This document shows, in pieces, positions 29,383 through 40,773 of a stretch of DNA of 64,000 nt; position 1 is the stretch's first letter; every line of letters starts with the position of its first letter. Under the pieces are notes generated by a model. It had not been told where the DNA came from. It did no database searches and saw only the letters and a program-made list of their open reading frames with translations. The translations under genes were made by a program, and so were the position numbers. The stretch is taken from positions 224,001 to 288,000 of the forward strand of contig CAVRGP010000002.1 of assembly GCA_963720755.1 (NCBI GenBank). The letters run 5' to 3'. The DNA comes from an uncultured Chloroflexia bacterium. Lineage in GTDB: Bacteria > Chloroflexota > Limnocylindria > Limnocylindrales > CSP1-4.

Positions 29383-29681
29383 ACGTCCCGCTCGGCGCGC
29401 CCGAGGTCCTCGGCCGGGTGAGCCCAGCGCCGGTCACCACCCGGTTAGACGGGTTGTACCTGCCGGGCGCGCTCCCGTTGACAGCGACCACGGTGACCGA
29501 CGCGCACGGACCGGGGCTGGAGCTGCCCATTGACCCGGCATTTCCACGCCGCGGATCGTCCTGTCCGTATGGATCGTCGGGCCCCTCAGGCGAGCAGCGT
29601 GATCATCAGGCTCAAGGGGTTCGGTCGTCACCTGTTCGACCTTGGCGACGAGGCACTCGCGACGATGCCACGCGGTAGTCT

Positions 29682-32507
29682 ATGGCTTCGCGGCAGCATC
29701 GGTCGAGCCACGGGGCACCCTCCGTCGGAGGCACGCTTGCGGCCGAGGCCTACCAGCCGCAGAGTGAGCGGGTCGTGGACACCGTGATCGGCCGCTCCGC
29801 GGAGCTTGCCGCCCTGGACTCAATGCTCGGCCACCTCGAAGCGGGGGTGGCCGGCCTCTGGCTGGAGGGCGAGGCCGGGATCGGCACTTCCACCGTCTGG
29901 CGGGAGGGCGTCCGACGGGCGAGCGAGCGCGGCTTCGGCGTGCTGCTCGCACGACCGACCGCGGCCGAGGTCACATACGCCTTCGCCGGCCTCGGCGACC
30001 TGCTCGGGGGTCTGTACGACCAGGTGAGGGCTGCGATCCCGGACCCGCAGCGGTGCGCATTGGACGCGGCCCTGCTCATCACGGATGCACCCGAGGACGG
30101 GATCGATGAGCGTGCGATCGGAGCTGGCCTGCTCTCGCTGCTGCGCGCCCTTGCGCAAGATCGGCCGCAGGTGATCGCCGTGGACGACGTCCAGTGGCTC
30201 GATCTGCCGACTCGACGGGCGCTCGCCTTTGCGGCGCGCCGGCTGCGGAGCGAGCGGGTCGGGTTCCTGCTCACGTCGCACAGCGGGGGCAGGTCGGATC
30301 CGTCGCTCGACCGCACCCTGCCTCCAGAGGCGGTGGAGCGACTCGAGCTCGGCCCTCTCAGCGCCGGGGCGCTCCACGCCCTGTTCAAGGAGCACCTCGG
30401 ACGGTCGTTCTCGCTGCCGGTGCTCGGCCGCATCGCCCAGGCGTGCCGCGGCAACCCGCTGTACGCGCTCGAGGTCGCCCGCGAGCTGGAACGGGACCCA
30501 AAGGCGAGCCCGGGTCTGCCGGTCCCGGCGGCGCTCGGAGCGCTGGTCGACGCACGGGTAGCACGGCTCCCGGGTGCGACTAGGGCGTCACTTCTTGCGG
30601 CCGCCAGCCTCGCGCGCCCGACGGTGGAGCGAGTCGGGCCAGCCGACTTCACTCCGGCGGTGCGCGCTGGAATCGTCCGGATCGAGGACGGCGAGATCCG
30701 TTTCACGCACCCCCTGTACGCCTCAGCCGTCTACCGCTCGGCTAGCGATCGAGCGCGGCAGGCGATGCACCGAAAGCTGGCCACCGGCGCGACCGAGCCG
30801 GAGGACCGGGCCCGCCATCTCGCCCTCAGCTCGCCCGCGCCCGACGCCGGGGTGGCCTCGCTGCTCGATGAGGCCGCGGAACGAGCGATGGCGCGCGGTG
30901 CCCCATCGACGTCGATCGAGCTCCTCGAGCTGGCGTTGCGGCTGACACCGGCCGAGGATGATGAATTGGCGCTCAGGCGGACTGTTGCGTTGACTCGAGG
31001 CCTCTTCGATACCGGCGACGGCGCCCGCGCGGAAGCGATCCTCGACCGAACGCTGGAGACCACGCCGCCCGGACCTCTTCGGAGGGAGGCGATGGTGCAG
31101 CTCGGCTGGTGGCTCACCGAGCGCGGCGACTGGGCGGCCGGGGTGGGCATGATGGAGATGGCGCTCACCGACGAGAACGACCCACGAGCCGCAGGCCGGA
31201 CCGAGGTCATGCTCGCGGAGGCGTATCGCCTGAACCTGCCGCTCACGAGGCAACATGCCGGACGCGCCTTGGAGCTCCTCGATCCGGGCACAGACCCCGG
31301 GCTGTACTCGAAGGCGCTGCAGCTGGAGGTCGAGGCGCGCCTTTTGGTCGGCGACGGCGCCGACAGCGAGGGGATGGCACAAAGCTTGGCCCTCCAGGAG
31401 CGGGCGAGCGGGACCTGGGAGGTCAGCCAGTTCGCGGCTGGCTGGGCCCGCGGGATGGACGATCTCTACGCGGCCCGCGAGCGCTTCAGCCGGTTGATCG
31501 ACGTGTACGAAGAGCAGGGGTTGGACAGTGAGCTGCCGGGCACGCTCGGCCACCTCGCGACGGTCGAGCTCTGGAGCGGGCGATGGCAGCGGGCCGAGTC
31601 CCTCGCGCGGCGGGCACGCGAGCTCGCCGACCAGACCGAGTATCCCGTGTCCGCGTGCCTGGCCCGCTATGCCCTCGGTCTGGTGCTCGTCCAGCGCGGC
31701 GAGCTAGACGAGGCGAGGTCGGCGGCGAATCTCACGCTCGAGGTGTTCGCGGACCGGCCCGCGCCGATCCTCGAGACGCAGGCCCGGATCCTGCTGGGAG
31801 AAGCTGACCTGTCCGCCGGGGACGCGATGGGAGCGCTCCACCACTTCGAACGCGCCGACGAGCTCCTGGCATCGATCGGCTGGCGCGAACCGTTCCACTT
31901 CCGGTATCACGGGGACCAGATCGAAGCCCTAGTTCAAGTCGGGCGCCTCGATGACGCCGCGACTCTCGTAACGCGCCTCGAGGAGAGCTCGGCGAGGATC
32001 CCCAGGCCGTGGATCGCCGCCGTCGCGGCCCGCGGCCGGGCCATGGTCCTCGCGACCCGCGGGCAGCTGGAACAGGCTACCGAGGCGTTCGATCGCGCGC
32101 TGCAGGCGCACGAGGTGGCTCCTGGATCGTTCGAGCGTGGGCGGACGTTGCTGGCCATGGGCCGCATCCAGCGTCGGGCACGGCAGAAGCGACTTGCCCG
32201 GACCTCCTTGGAAGCGGCCCTTGGGGTGTTCGATGAGCAGGGTGCCGTTGGCTGGGCCGAGCAGACACGCAGCGAGCTCCGCCGCGTGGCGACGCGCACC
32301 ACGCCGGCGGACCTGACGGCGACGGAGCTGCTCATCGCTCGCCTGGCAGCCTCGGGCCTGACAAACGACGAGGTCGCCGATCGGGCGTTCGTCAGCCCCA
32401 AGACCGTCGAGGCGAACCTCGCGCGGGCCTACGTCAAGCTCGGCATCGGCCGTCGCGCCCAGCTCGCGCACGCGCTCGACGAGCGGGAAGCCGCGGCGAT
32501 TTCATAG
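29682..32507 (+). CDS. Large ATP-binding regulator of the LuxR family (LAL/MalT-like)
   Basis: IGR.AEL, GEAGIGTST (Walker A variant), VDDVQWLD, GNPLYALE, TPR-like middle, C-terminal LuxR HTH; start may be GTG 29775. Confidence 0.9.
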   Translation: MASRQHRSSHGAPSVGGTLAAEAYQPQSERVVDTVIGRSAELAALDSMLGHLEAGVAGLWLEGEAGIGTSTVWREGVRRASERGFGVLLARPTAAEVTYAFAGLGDLLGGLYDQVRAAIPDPQRCALDAALLITDAPEDGIDERAIGAGLLSLLRALAQDRPQVIAVDDVQWLDLPTRRALAFAARRLRSERVGFLLTSHSGGRSDPSLDRTLPPEAVERLELGPLSAGALHALFKEHLGRSFSLPVLGRIAQACRGNPLYALEVARELERDPKASPGLPVPAALGALVDARVARLPGATRASLLAAASLARPTVERVGPADFTPAVRAGIVRIEDGEIRFTHPLYASAVYRSASDRARQAMHRKLATGATEPEDRARHLALSSPAPDAGVASLLDEAAERAMARGAPSTSIELLELALRLTPAEDDELALRRTVALTRGLFDTGDGARAEAILDRTLETTPPGPLRREAMVQLGWWLTERGDWAAGVGMMEMALTDENDPRAAGRTEVMLAEAYRLNLPLTRQHAGRALELLDPGTDPGLYSKALQLEVEARLLVGDGADSEGMAQSLALQERASGTWEVSQFAAGWARGMDDLYAARERFSRLIDVYEEQGLDSELPGTLGHLATVELWSGRWQRAESLARRARELADQTEYPVSACLARYALGLVLVQRGELDEARSAANLTLEVFADRPAPILETQARILLGEADLSAGDAMGALHHFERADELLASIGWREPFHFRYHGDQIEALVQVGRLDDAATLVTRLEESSARIPRPWIAAVAARGRAMVLATRGQLEQATEAFDRALQAHEVAPGSFERGRTLLAMGRIQRRARQKRLARTSLEAALGVFDEQGAVGWAEQTRSELRRVATRTTPADLTATELLIARLAASGLTNDEVADRAFVSPKTVEANLARAYVKLGIGRRAQLAHALDEREAAAIS

Positions 32508-32555
32508 GGTTCCCCCCACTATCGGGATCCGGCGCCCGACCGTAGCCTCAGCGCC

Positions 32556-32897
32556 GTGGACACCACCACGTATGTCGTCGAGTGCTTCTGGCCGGGGGTC
32601 GATACCGCCGACCTGGACGCGCTCGACCGGCGCGCGATCGCCGCGGTCGCTGCGCTCGACGCAGAGGGGATCCTGGTCGTGTACCGCGGCTCCTGGCTGA
32701 TTCGCGAGGACGAGGTCGTCCTCTGCTTCCTCAGCGGGACCCGGACCGACGTAACCGCTGCCGCTCGACGGGCGGAGATCCCGTTCGAGCGCATCCACGA
32801 AGGCGTGCGGCCGGCCCGCGTCCCGGGCGTCGCCATCCACATCGATCAGGCGGATCACGACCGGGCGACGGTCGACGGTCCGACACCAGGAGGCTGA
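32556..32897 (+). CDS. Small ferredoxin-like-fold protein (DUF4242-like)
   Basis: YVVECFWP, Y.GS.LI.EDEVVLC.L.G, IPFERI; this type often follows LAL regulators. Confidence 0.6.
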   Translation: MDTTTYVVECFWPGVDTADLDALDRRAIAAVAALDAEGILVVYRGSWLIREDEVVLCFLSGTRTDVTAAARRAEIPFERIHEGVRPARVPGVAIHIDQADHDRATVDGPTPGG

Positions 32898-32899
32898 CC

Positions 32900-33544
32900 A
32901 TGCTCCGTGTCCCGAGGCTCGTGACTCTTGCATCATGTCTGGTCATCGTGGCCGCCTGCAGCTCCTCGACGGGCAGCTCGGCGTCGACCGCACAATCGTC
33001 CGCTCCCGCAGCATCGACGCCGGCCGCCGCGGCGACTGGGACCCCTGCGGTGAGCGGCGGTACCCCGCCTTCGGCGTCACCGGCCGGCGGTGGCGGAGGG
33101 AATGCCACCGGGACTCCGGTCTCCTCGGCGACTTCGTCCGACGAGGCTGGCAGCAGCACAGGACCGACGCTGCTCGCGAACGTCTGCGACATGCTCGACG
33201 TGCCAACAATCGACTCGGTCACAAGTCTTTCGGTGAAGGCAGGCAAGTCCATCGCCGCCGACCCGAGCAAAGGTGATCTCGGCAGCTGCCTCTGGGCCGC
33301 AGGGACAACGACCGGGGTCCAGATGACCGCTCATTCCGAAGAGCGGATCAAGGCGCTCCTCCTCGCTCCTGGTACCGACGAGCCGGGAGTGGGGGTGGCG
33401 GCAAAAGGCCGCACGGCAACGATCAGCGGGATCATCCACGCCAGTGTTGCCGTCGACTTCGGGACATTCGGCGTCCAGATCGTCACCGATTCGCCCGCCG
33501 CCACGCTCGCGATGTCGGTCGCGCTCGCGAAGGCGATCACGTAG
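32900..33544 (+). CDS. Putative lipoprotein
   Basis: AGGAGG RBS; lipobox VAAC, Ser/Thr/Ala-rich linker, C-terminal domain with two Cys. Confidence 0.75.
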   Translation: MLRVPRLVTLASCLVIVAACSSSTGSSASTAQSSAPAASTPAAAATGTPAVSGGTPPSASPAGGGGGNATGTPVSSATSSDEAGSSTGPTLLANVCDMLDVPTIDSVTSLSVKAGKSIAADPSKGDLGSCLWAAGTTTGVQMTAHSEERIKALLLAPGTDEPGVGVAAKGRTATISGIIHASVAVDFGTFGVQIVTDSPAATLAMSVALAKAIT

Positions 33545-33697
33545 CTCGGCCCCGGCCACGACCAGGTAGCGTGGCCTCCTGGACGCGACGAACATCGTCT
33601 GGGTACAACGTGACAGCTCCGGTCGGATGGCGGGCCGGGGGAGTTCGACGATGTGGCGGAGGCTGCCAAAGCCCGCAACGAGGCCCTGAGATGAGGG

Positions 33698-34075
33698 TCA
33701 GCCGGGTTCGGGACCGTCGACATTGACGGTCACCGGCCCCTCGCCGACGCGGACGATCACGCCGTCGTTGGGCTCGGCCCCGGCGTTGCCCTCGCGGTGG
33801 ACGACGCCTTTCGGGATGAGCACGAAGTCCCCCGGCTCCATCTCGACACGCTCGTTCCCACCGGGCCCGAACTCCACGAAGAACCGGCCCCGCGTGACGT
33901 GCCCGTACGTGTCGTGGCCGGGATGGACGTGCCAGCCCGACGCTTGGTGGGCTGCATTCTCGACGCGCCCCACCCAGACGCCCTCGTCCGCGAACGCCTC
34001 GAAGCGCGTGACGCCCGGCGTCGGCGTCGGCTCGCCGCGGAGTTCGCCGTTGCTGACCACCTTCGGCCGATCCAC
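33698..34075 (-). CDS. Cupin domain protein
   Basis: SGWHVH..HDT and PGDFV.IP.GVVHRE.N. Confidence 0.88.
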   Translation of the reverse strand: MDRPKVVSNGELRGEPTPTPGVTRFEAFADEGVWVGRVENAAHQASGWHVHPGHDTYGHVTRGRFFVEFGPGGNERVEMEPGDFVLIPKGVVHREGNAGAEPNDGVIVRVGEGPVTVNVDGPEPG

Positions 34076-34346
34076 AACCCACCCTCCTGAGGATTCGCCG
34101 GCTCCGGGAGCGCCGACGGCTGACGGCCAACACTACGCCACGCCCGCCGCGCGCGAGATCACAGGACCGAGCGCCAGCACCCTGTTCCCCGGCAAACCAC
34201 CACGTCGGCGTTCATTTCGAGTCATGGCTCGGTCAACGAAGCTGTGTCTTGTCGTCGATCAGGGCACTGTCCATACTCCCGTTTCCGAACCGGTGGGCGT
34301 CCCTGCCATCAGGCAGTCGAGACGCGCCTCCCAAGGAGGGGCAGGA

Positions 34347-34613
34347 ATGCCGAAGATCGTGGTCACCGCGGCGGTCAAGGATGTCGAGGCGTGGCTGAAG
34401 TTCAAGACGGACATGACCGCCGCGTTGTCGGCGGTCGCGTCGGACGGGTCCAGCTACGTTGCGATGGATGGCAGCAACCAGGTGGCGAGCACCTGGGACG
34501 TCCCCGATATGGAGGCCTTCCAGGCAGCGCAGCGGTCCTTCCCGCCGGAATTGGCGGCCGCGGCGGAACGAGCCGGGATGATCCCACCTGTGATGATCTA
34601 CATCAAGAAGTAG
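34347..34613 (+). CDS. Small hypothetical protein (dimeric alpha-beta barrel-like)
   Basis: AAGGAGG RBS; MPKIVVTAAVKDVEAWLKFK...DVPDMEAF, 88 aa. Confidence 0.72.
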   Translation: MPKIVVTAAVKDVEAWLKFKTDMTAALSAVASDGSSYVAMDGSNQVASTWDVPDMEAFQAAQRSFPPELAAAAERAGMIPPVMIYIKK

Positions 34614-34761
34614 CTCGGTCGCTGGTTGCCGGCGCCCCGCTGATTTGCGGGTCACCCGCCCGATCACCTCGAACCTGCACGAGTAGCGCGTAACGTGAGG
34701 CGCAGGGGCCTGGTCATGGTGCGCCGCGGGTGAGTCCAGGGAGGGGTCATGTCGAAGTCCG

Positions 34762-36180
34762 ATGATGCGGTCGATCAAGGCCGACTACCTGATCCAGGGG
34801 GGCGGCGCCGTTGGGATGGCCTTCGCCGACTCGTTGTTCACCGACACCGACGCGACGATGGTGATCGTCGATCGGCACGACCGACCGGGCGGCCACTGGA
34901 ACGACGCATACCCGTTCGTGCGGCTGCACCAGCCCGCCAGCTACTACGGCGTGAACTCGCGGCCGCTCGGCACAGGCTCGATCGACAGATCGGGCTCAAC
35001 GCCGGGTTCCACGAATTGGCGTCGGGGCACGAGGTCGTGGCCCATTTCGACGCCGTGATGCGGCAGCGGTTCCTGCCGTCGGGCCGGGTCACGTTCCTGC
35101 CATCGAGCGAGGTCGGCGACGACCGGGTCGTGACGTCGCTGCTATCCGGGCGATCGGCGCCGGGTGGACGGCGGCCGCTTCGTCGACGCGACGCACTCCA
35201 GGATGCAGGTGCCGTCGACGACGCCACCGCCGTACGCCGTGCGCCGACGACGTGACCTGCGTTCCGGTCGGACGGCTGCCCGCGGTCGCTGCCGCGGTTC
35301 GATGACTTCATGGTGGTCGGTGCGGGCAAGACCGGCATGGACGCGTGCATCTGGCTGCTCGAGCAACGGCGCCGACCCGAGCAGATCCGCTGGATCGTGC
35401 CTCGCGACTCGTGGGTGCTGCGCCGGGGCAACTTCCAGCCGGGCGCCGAGCACTTCGCCCGCTTCTGCCAAGAGCATCGCGGACCAGGTGAGGCCGTCGC
35501 GAGTGCGATCGGGATCGACGACCTGTTCCTGCGGCTGGAGGCGGCCGACGAGCTCGCGCCGCGTCGACCCCGACAGTGACGCCCGAGGCGTACCACTGCG
35601 CCATCCTCAGCGACGGCGAGCTCGCCGAGCTGCGCCGCATCGACCGATGTCGTCCGACTCGGACGGGTGCGCGTCGATCGATCGCCGGCGAGATCGAGCT
35701 CGAGCAGGGCACCATCGACGGGCCCGACCGACGCTGCACGTCGACTGCTCGGCGGCGGGCATCCCGACGCACGGCCATCGACCGATGTTCGACGGCGACC
35801 GCATCACGCTCCAGTGGGTGCGCACGTGCCAACCCACGTTCAGCGCCGCGTTCATCGGTTTCGTCGAGGCGACGTTCGACGACGGACGAGAAGAACCGCA
35901 TCTGCCGCCCGATCGTGCCGCCGACGGTGCCGCTCGACTGGCTGCGGGTGATCGCAGTCGAGCTCGACAACCGACGGGCTGGACCGACTATCCCGCAGCT
36001 CGACGACTGGATGGCCGGTACGCGGCTCGACCCCTTCACCAAGACGGCGCGCGAGCGCATCGGGCGTCGACGACGAGGCCACCGACAGTTCCAGCGGTAC
36101 CTCGCCAACGCCGGGGCCGGCGAGGGCCAGGCTCGACCAGCTCCTGCAGCGGAGCTGGAAAGCGCGAGGTCGAAGCGATG
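34762..36180 (+). CDS. NAD(P)/FAD-dependent oxidoreductase (multiple frameshifts)
   Basis: GGGAVGMAFAD, GGHWNDAYPFVRLHQP, VVGAGKTGMDAC.WLL and RTCQPTFSAAFIG found in different frames. Confidence 0.75.
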
Positions 36181-37136
36181 GACGAGCTGCTGGTCGACAA
36201 CGGCGACATCACGCTGCGGGTCGAGGTGACCGGCGACGGGCCGACGGTGCTGTGCGTGCCCGGCTGGCCGGAGCTGGCCTCGTCGTGGCGCCACCAGGTC
36301 GCGCACTTCTCGGAGCGTGGCTACCGGGTCGCGGCGCTCGACGTGCGCGGCTACGGCGGCAGCTCGCGCCGCCCGAGGTCGAGCGCTACACGCTGCGCGA
36401 GCTGGCCGGCGACGTGGCTGCGGTGGCGGCCGCGCTCGACGACGAGCCGGTCGTGCTGTTCGGCCACGACTGGGGCGCGCCGATCGCGTGGCACGCCGCG
36501 ATCCGCCACCCCGACCGGGTGCGGGCCGTGGCCGGGCTGAGCGTTCCCCACACGCCGCCGCTGCCGCTCTCGCTGCTCGACGTGTTCGACCAGCTCTACG
36601 CCGACCGGTTCTTCTACATGCTCCGCTTCCGGAGCCCGGCGTGATCGAGGCGGAGTTCGACGCCGACCTGCGCGACGCGCTCGAAGCGTGTCTACTTCGC
36701 GCTCTCGGGCGCCGCCCCGCCGACAGCCTGCTGCCGGACGGCCCCGCGGACGCTGCGTTCCTCCCCCTGCTGCCCGAACCGCCGGACGGGACCGCTGGCG
36801 TTCATGTCCGACGACGAGCTCGACGCCTACGCGCGACGTTCGAGCGCACCGGGATGGTCGGCGCGTTCAACCGCTACCGGGCGCTGCGCGCTCGACGGCG
36901 ACGCCGACGCCGACATCGTCGGCGCCACGCGTCGACCAGCCCTCGTGCTTCATCGCCGGCGAGCATCGACCCCGTCCGGGCCATGCTCCCCGGCGTCGAC
37001 TCGTACGCCGACCCCGGCGCCGGCTGCACCGACTTCCGCGGCGCGACCATCGTCGCACGGGGCCGGCCACTGGGTGCAGCAGGAGGCCCCCGCCGCCGTC
37101 AACGCGGCGCTCGACGCCTTCCTCACCGGACTCTGA
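36178..37136 (+). CDS. Epoxide hydrolase-like alpha/beta hydrolase (multiple frameshifts)
   Basis: GWPEL..SWRHQ, DVRGYGGS, GHDWGAP, GAGHWVQQEAP. Confidence 0.8.
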
Positions 37137-37301
37137 GCCACCGCGGAGGCCGCGTGCGAGCGCATCGATGTCCAGGGGTGACCGACGACACCTTCACCCT
37201 GACCGCCCCAAGCGTCGTCCGCGGGAACGAAGGTCAGTCTGGTCGGGGCGAGAGGACTTGGGCCCACGGAACCTACCTCATCAGGCGCTGCCAGGGATGC
37301 G

Positions 37302-37646
37302 TCAGCCTCGGCCGAGTACCACGTCGAGGCCGGCGAGGACGAGCTCGAGGTTGGATGCCGAGAGGCGGCCGGCGCGCTCGGTGAGCGCCGTCCGGTCGAT
37401 GCGTGACGAGCTGGGACACGTTGGCAACCGACGGCTTCGGGAGGCCAGTCGCCCGTGCGGGTAGGAGCACGTTGCCGGGCGCCTCGCCCCACTTGAGGTT
37501 GCTCGTCAGCACGACGCAGACGACGGTCCGCAGGGAGCTCGCGTTGAAGGCGTCGCCCTGGACGACGACCACGGGCCGCGAAAGCCCGGCTCGGAGCCGG
37601 CAGGCTCGCCGAGGTCGGCCCACCAAACCTCGCCCTGGGCGATCAC
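37302..37646 (-). CDS. PemK/MazF family toxin (frameshifted)
   Basis: QGEVWWADL, RPVVVVQGDAFN.S.L.TV, LTSNL, LPKPSVANVSQ; GTG overlaps the antitoxin stop. Confidence 0.82.
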
Positions 37647-37882
37647 CACTCGTCGGACTCGAGGGTCCGGCGGGCGGCGCGGGCCGAGAAGTCGGCGCTC
37701 TCGCCGTCGCCCGCTTCGGCCACGACGGCATCAAGCCGCGCCGTCACCTCATCGGGGGCATGCCGGGCGACGTACTCGCGCAGGGCGGCGCTGTACACCT
37801 CGCTCCTCGAGCGGCGCGAGCGGCGGGCGAGGCGGTCCACCTGGGCGAACAGGTCGTCGGGGACCGAGACGGCGGTCTTCAT
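37643..37882 (-). CDS. Ribbon-helix-helix antitoxin
   Basis: MKTAVSVPDDLF..VD.LA.....SRSEVY..AL.EY; -10 TATACT (37889-37894) 6 nt before the ATG. Confidence 0.88.
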   Translation of the reverse strand: MKTAVSVPDDLFAQVDRLARRSRRSRSEVYSAALREYVARHAPDEVTARLDAVVAEAGDGESADFSARAARRTLESDEW

Positions 37883-37952
37883 ACCCGGAGTATAACGCCG
37901 TGCTCGGCCGGCCGAGCACGGCGAAGCGCCACCTCGCGGACCTGCCCGCAGG

Positions 37953-38672
37953 TCAGGCAGCCGCAGCGACCCGTGATGCCGGTGTCGGCCGATGCTGCGC
38001 TTCGCCCGTCTGGAACCCCTTGGCGAGGAGCCAGCCCGCGAACACCATCTCCTGGAACGCGATCGGCATCGCCAGGAGCATGTATGGCGAGCCCATGCCA
38101 GTGTCGAAGCCCAGGATGCCGAGCAGCCCGTACGTGAACACGCCGATGCCGCCGATCAGGCCCCAAACGGACAGCCAGTGGGGCACGAGCCGCGATCGGA
38201 AGAGCACGACATTGAGGGTCAGGCAGCCCAGACCGAAGAAGATCAGTGTCCCGATGACGACCGACCACGTGTGCCACGCCGCCAGCATCGCCCCGAGCGC
38301 GACCAGGTCCGCCGGCGCTGCCGCACCGATCGCGTCGTCCTGGCTCAGCGTCAGCATGACCAGGATGCTGATCGCGCCGGCCACGTAGAACACGTTCTCG
38401 AACGCCCGCAGGCCGACGTAGCCAGCCGCAAGGCCCTCGCCATGGGGCCGCAGGATCGGGAACAGCAGGAACGAGGTCGCAAAGGCGCAGGTCGCCGCGA
38501 CCAGGAAGCACAGCACGGCCGCCGTCACGCGACCGGCCTCAGCGGACAGGCCGGCCAGGTAGTCCGGTCCATCGAGGGCCGAACCGAGGACGACCGAACC
38601 CAGGATCGAACCCGCGGTCGCGACGATGAACAGGACGCCGACGACGGCCGCCGTCCGTCTCTCCGACTGCAT
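37953..38672 (-). CDS. DUF4386-like membrane protein 2
   Basis: A.VVGVLFIVAT, A.GYVGLR..E, RSRLVP.WLS.WG, QEMVFA.WLL.KGF. Confidence 0.82.
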   Translation of the reverse strand: MQSERRTAAVVGVLFIVATAGSILGSVVLGSALDGPDYLAGLSAEAGRVTAAVLCFLVAATCAFATSFLLFPILRPHGEGLAAGYVGLRAFENVFYVAGAISILVMLTLSQDDAIGAAAPADLVALGAMLAAWHTWSVVIGTLIFFGLGCLTLNVVLFRSRLVPHWLSVWGLIGGIGVFTYGLLGILGFDTGMGSPYMLLAMPIAFQEMVFAGWLLAKGFQTGEAQHRPTPASRVAAAA

Positions 38673-39097
38673 TCGAGACCTCCATCGTTGAGGTTGCCAC
38701 GGCAGCCGCCGCGAGGCGGCGCCCGCAAGTCTCGGAATAGCGCACGACACGGACCTGACGCGAGAGCCACAGCGACCGAATCGCCGGGCCCCTGGGCAGG
38801 TTCGTTCGGGGGATCCGAGGGTCGAGGGATCCGGCGCCGATCAGCCCGAGCCTGCCGGCCAGCGAGACGGCAGCCGCAAGCACCCCCGGCCGCGACCGCC
38901 ATGGCCGCAGCGACGATCGGGTGCTCCAACGCGCCGACCTTCTCCGTGGTGACGAGCCCGGCCTGCTCCAGCCCCTCCTTGACTCAGCGATCTCTCAGCT
39001 TCGTGGGCCGGGCAGGCGGGTGGCTCCTCGTCCCGAGTCTGGAGCCCGTGGGAACGCCTGCTGGCCGACCCAGTGGGTTCGATGAGAGGCTCGGGCC

Positions 39098-40021
39098 TTA
39101 CGCCACGGCGACGACCACGTTGCCCCGCTTGTGCCCGTTGTCGACGTACCGGTGCGCCTCGACGATGTCGTCCAGGGCATAGGTGCGGTCGATGACGGGC
39201 CTGATCTCACCCTTCGTGGCCAACTCCCCGAGCAGCACCAGGTCCTCGCGACGAAGCTTCGGCCTCCCGTCGTCGACCGAGACGCAGGCTCCGCCGGGAG
39301 TCAGCACCTGCCGGCATCGTCGGAGCGCGGCGGCGCTCTTCCGCTTGCCCACGGCATCGAAGATCAGGTCGTATCGCGTTGCCCCATCCGTGAAGTCCTC
39401 GCAGGTGTAGTCGATCACCGCGGTCGCGCCGAGCGACGCCACGAGGTCCACGTTCGCACGTGCTGCACACGCCCGTCACCTCCGCACCGAGGTGCCGAGC
39501 AAGTTGCACGGCGGATGTGCCCACCGCCCCCGAGGCCCCGAAGACGAGGACCCGTTGTCCCGCCCGGACGCCCGCCTTGCGCAGGAAGGCAGAGCGCGAG
39601 GAGGCCACCGTACGGAATGGCCGCGGCCTCCTCATCGGTGAGGTTCGCCGGTCGCGTCGCCAAGAGTCCGTCTTCGGGCCAGCACACGTACTGCGCATAC
39701 GTTCCGAAGCGGCGCTGATCGAAGCCGAATACCCGCTGGCCCACTTCGAACGACGTGGCGTCTGGTCCGACGGAGTCCACCTCCCCTGAGAGCAGCATGC
39801 CGAGCACGGGTTGTCTGGGTGCGTTCCAGCCGAGGGCGAGTCGCGCCATGATCCGGTAGGCGGGGCTCAGGTCGAGCCCCCGGACGTAACAGTCGCTGGA
39901 CGTCACCGCGGTTGCCAGGATGCGGATGCGCACCTCGTGCTCGCGGGGAACCGGGGTCGCGAGTTCCTCGAGCCGCAGAACGGTCTGGCGGTCCATACCG
40001 CGTGCAGACGACGGCCTTCAT
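39098..40021 (-). CDS. NAD(P)-dependent MDR oxidoreductase, paralogue 5 (frameshifted)
   Basis: [25 protein letters not shown] and GHKRGNVV across frames. Confidence 0.82.
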
Positions 40022-40773
40022 GCCCGAGCGCCCTCGGCCTGCGGATCCGCGGGCCGCTTCCCAGCCGGCAGGTCCTGCCTCGGAGTCGACGACCTTCACG
40101 CCCTTGACCAGGAGCCACAGTCCCAGCCCGACTTCCGCGACGAAGCTCACGGCGAGCCCGGGGTAGCGGATCGCGGGGTAGTCCGGCAGCAGCAGGGCCT
40201 GGAGGAACCAGATCAGGACGGCGATCCCGTCGAGCACCAGGAGGACGCCCAGGAACCGGGGAAGGAAGCCGGACTTGTAGACCAGGTAGCCGAGCGGGAA
40301 CAGCCACGTGCCGAAGAACAGCTGGGCCGTGACCCAGCCCGTCTTGTAGACGTTGATGGACAGGTACGCCAGCCCCTCGAGCTGCGCCGCCGAGTAGGCC
40401 TGCATGTGGCTGGCCGCGTCTCCCTGGAGCATGCGCGGATACCAGCGACAACATGCTCGCGCCCTGGATGGCGACACCGACGGCGTTGAGCAGCAGGAAG
40501 AGCAACGCCAGGTCCTGATTGACCGGTCGCAGCAGGACGTAGAGACCCCACGCGGCCATGAGGAACAGGAACCCCGTGATCAACGCGACGACCAGGCCCA
40601 GGCGGAACGACCCCTCATTCGTGACGATCGCCTGGTAGACCTGCTGCGCGTCGCCCAGCCCGATACTGCCCCAGCACGGTGGCAAGCACGGAAGCCAGGA
40701 TGTAGGCGAGGTAGAAGCCGCCCGTGATCCTGGCCACCTTGCTCGGTGCCAGGTGATCTCCGCCCGTATTCAT
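40018..40773 (-). CDS. DUF4386-like membrane protein 3 (frameshifted)
   Basis: ARITGGFYL, LYVLLRPVN, FFGTWLFPLGYLVYKSGFLPRFLG, E..LGLWLLVKG. Confidence 0.8.

Noticed and set aside
34762-40773. Programmed frameshifting or phase variation
   Set aside because: Indels are numerous, scattered and not at slippery or long homopolymer sites, which fits read error
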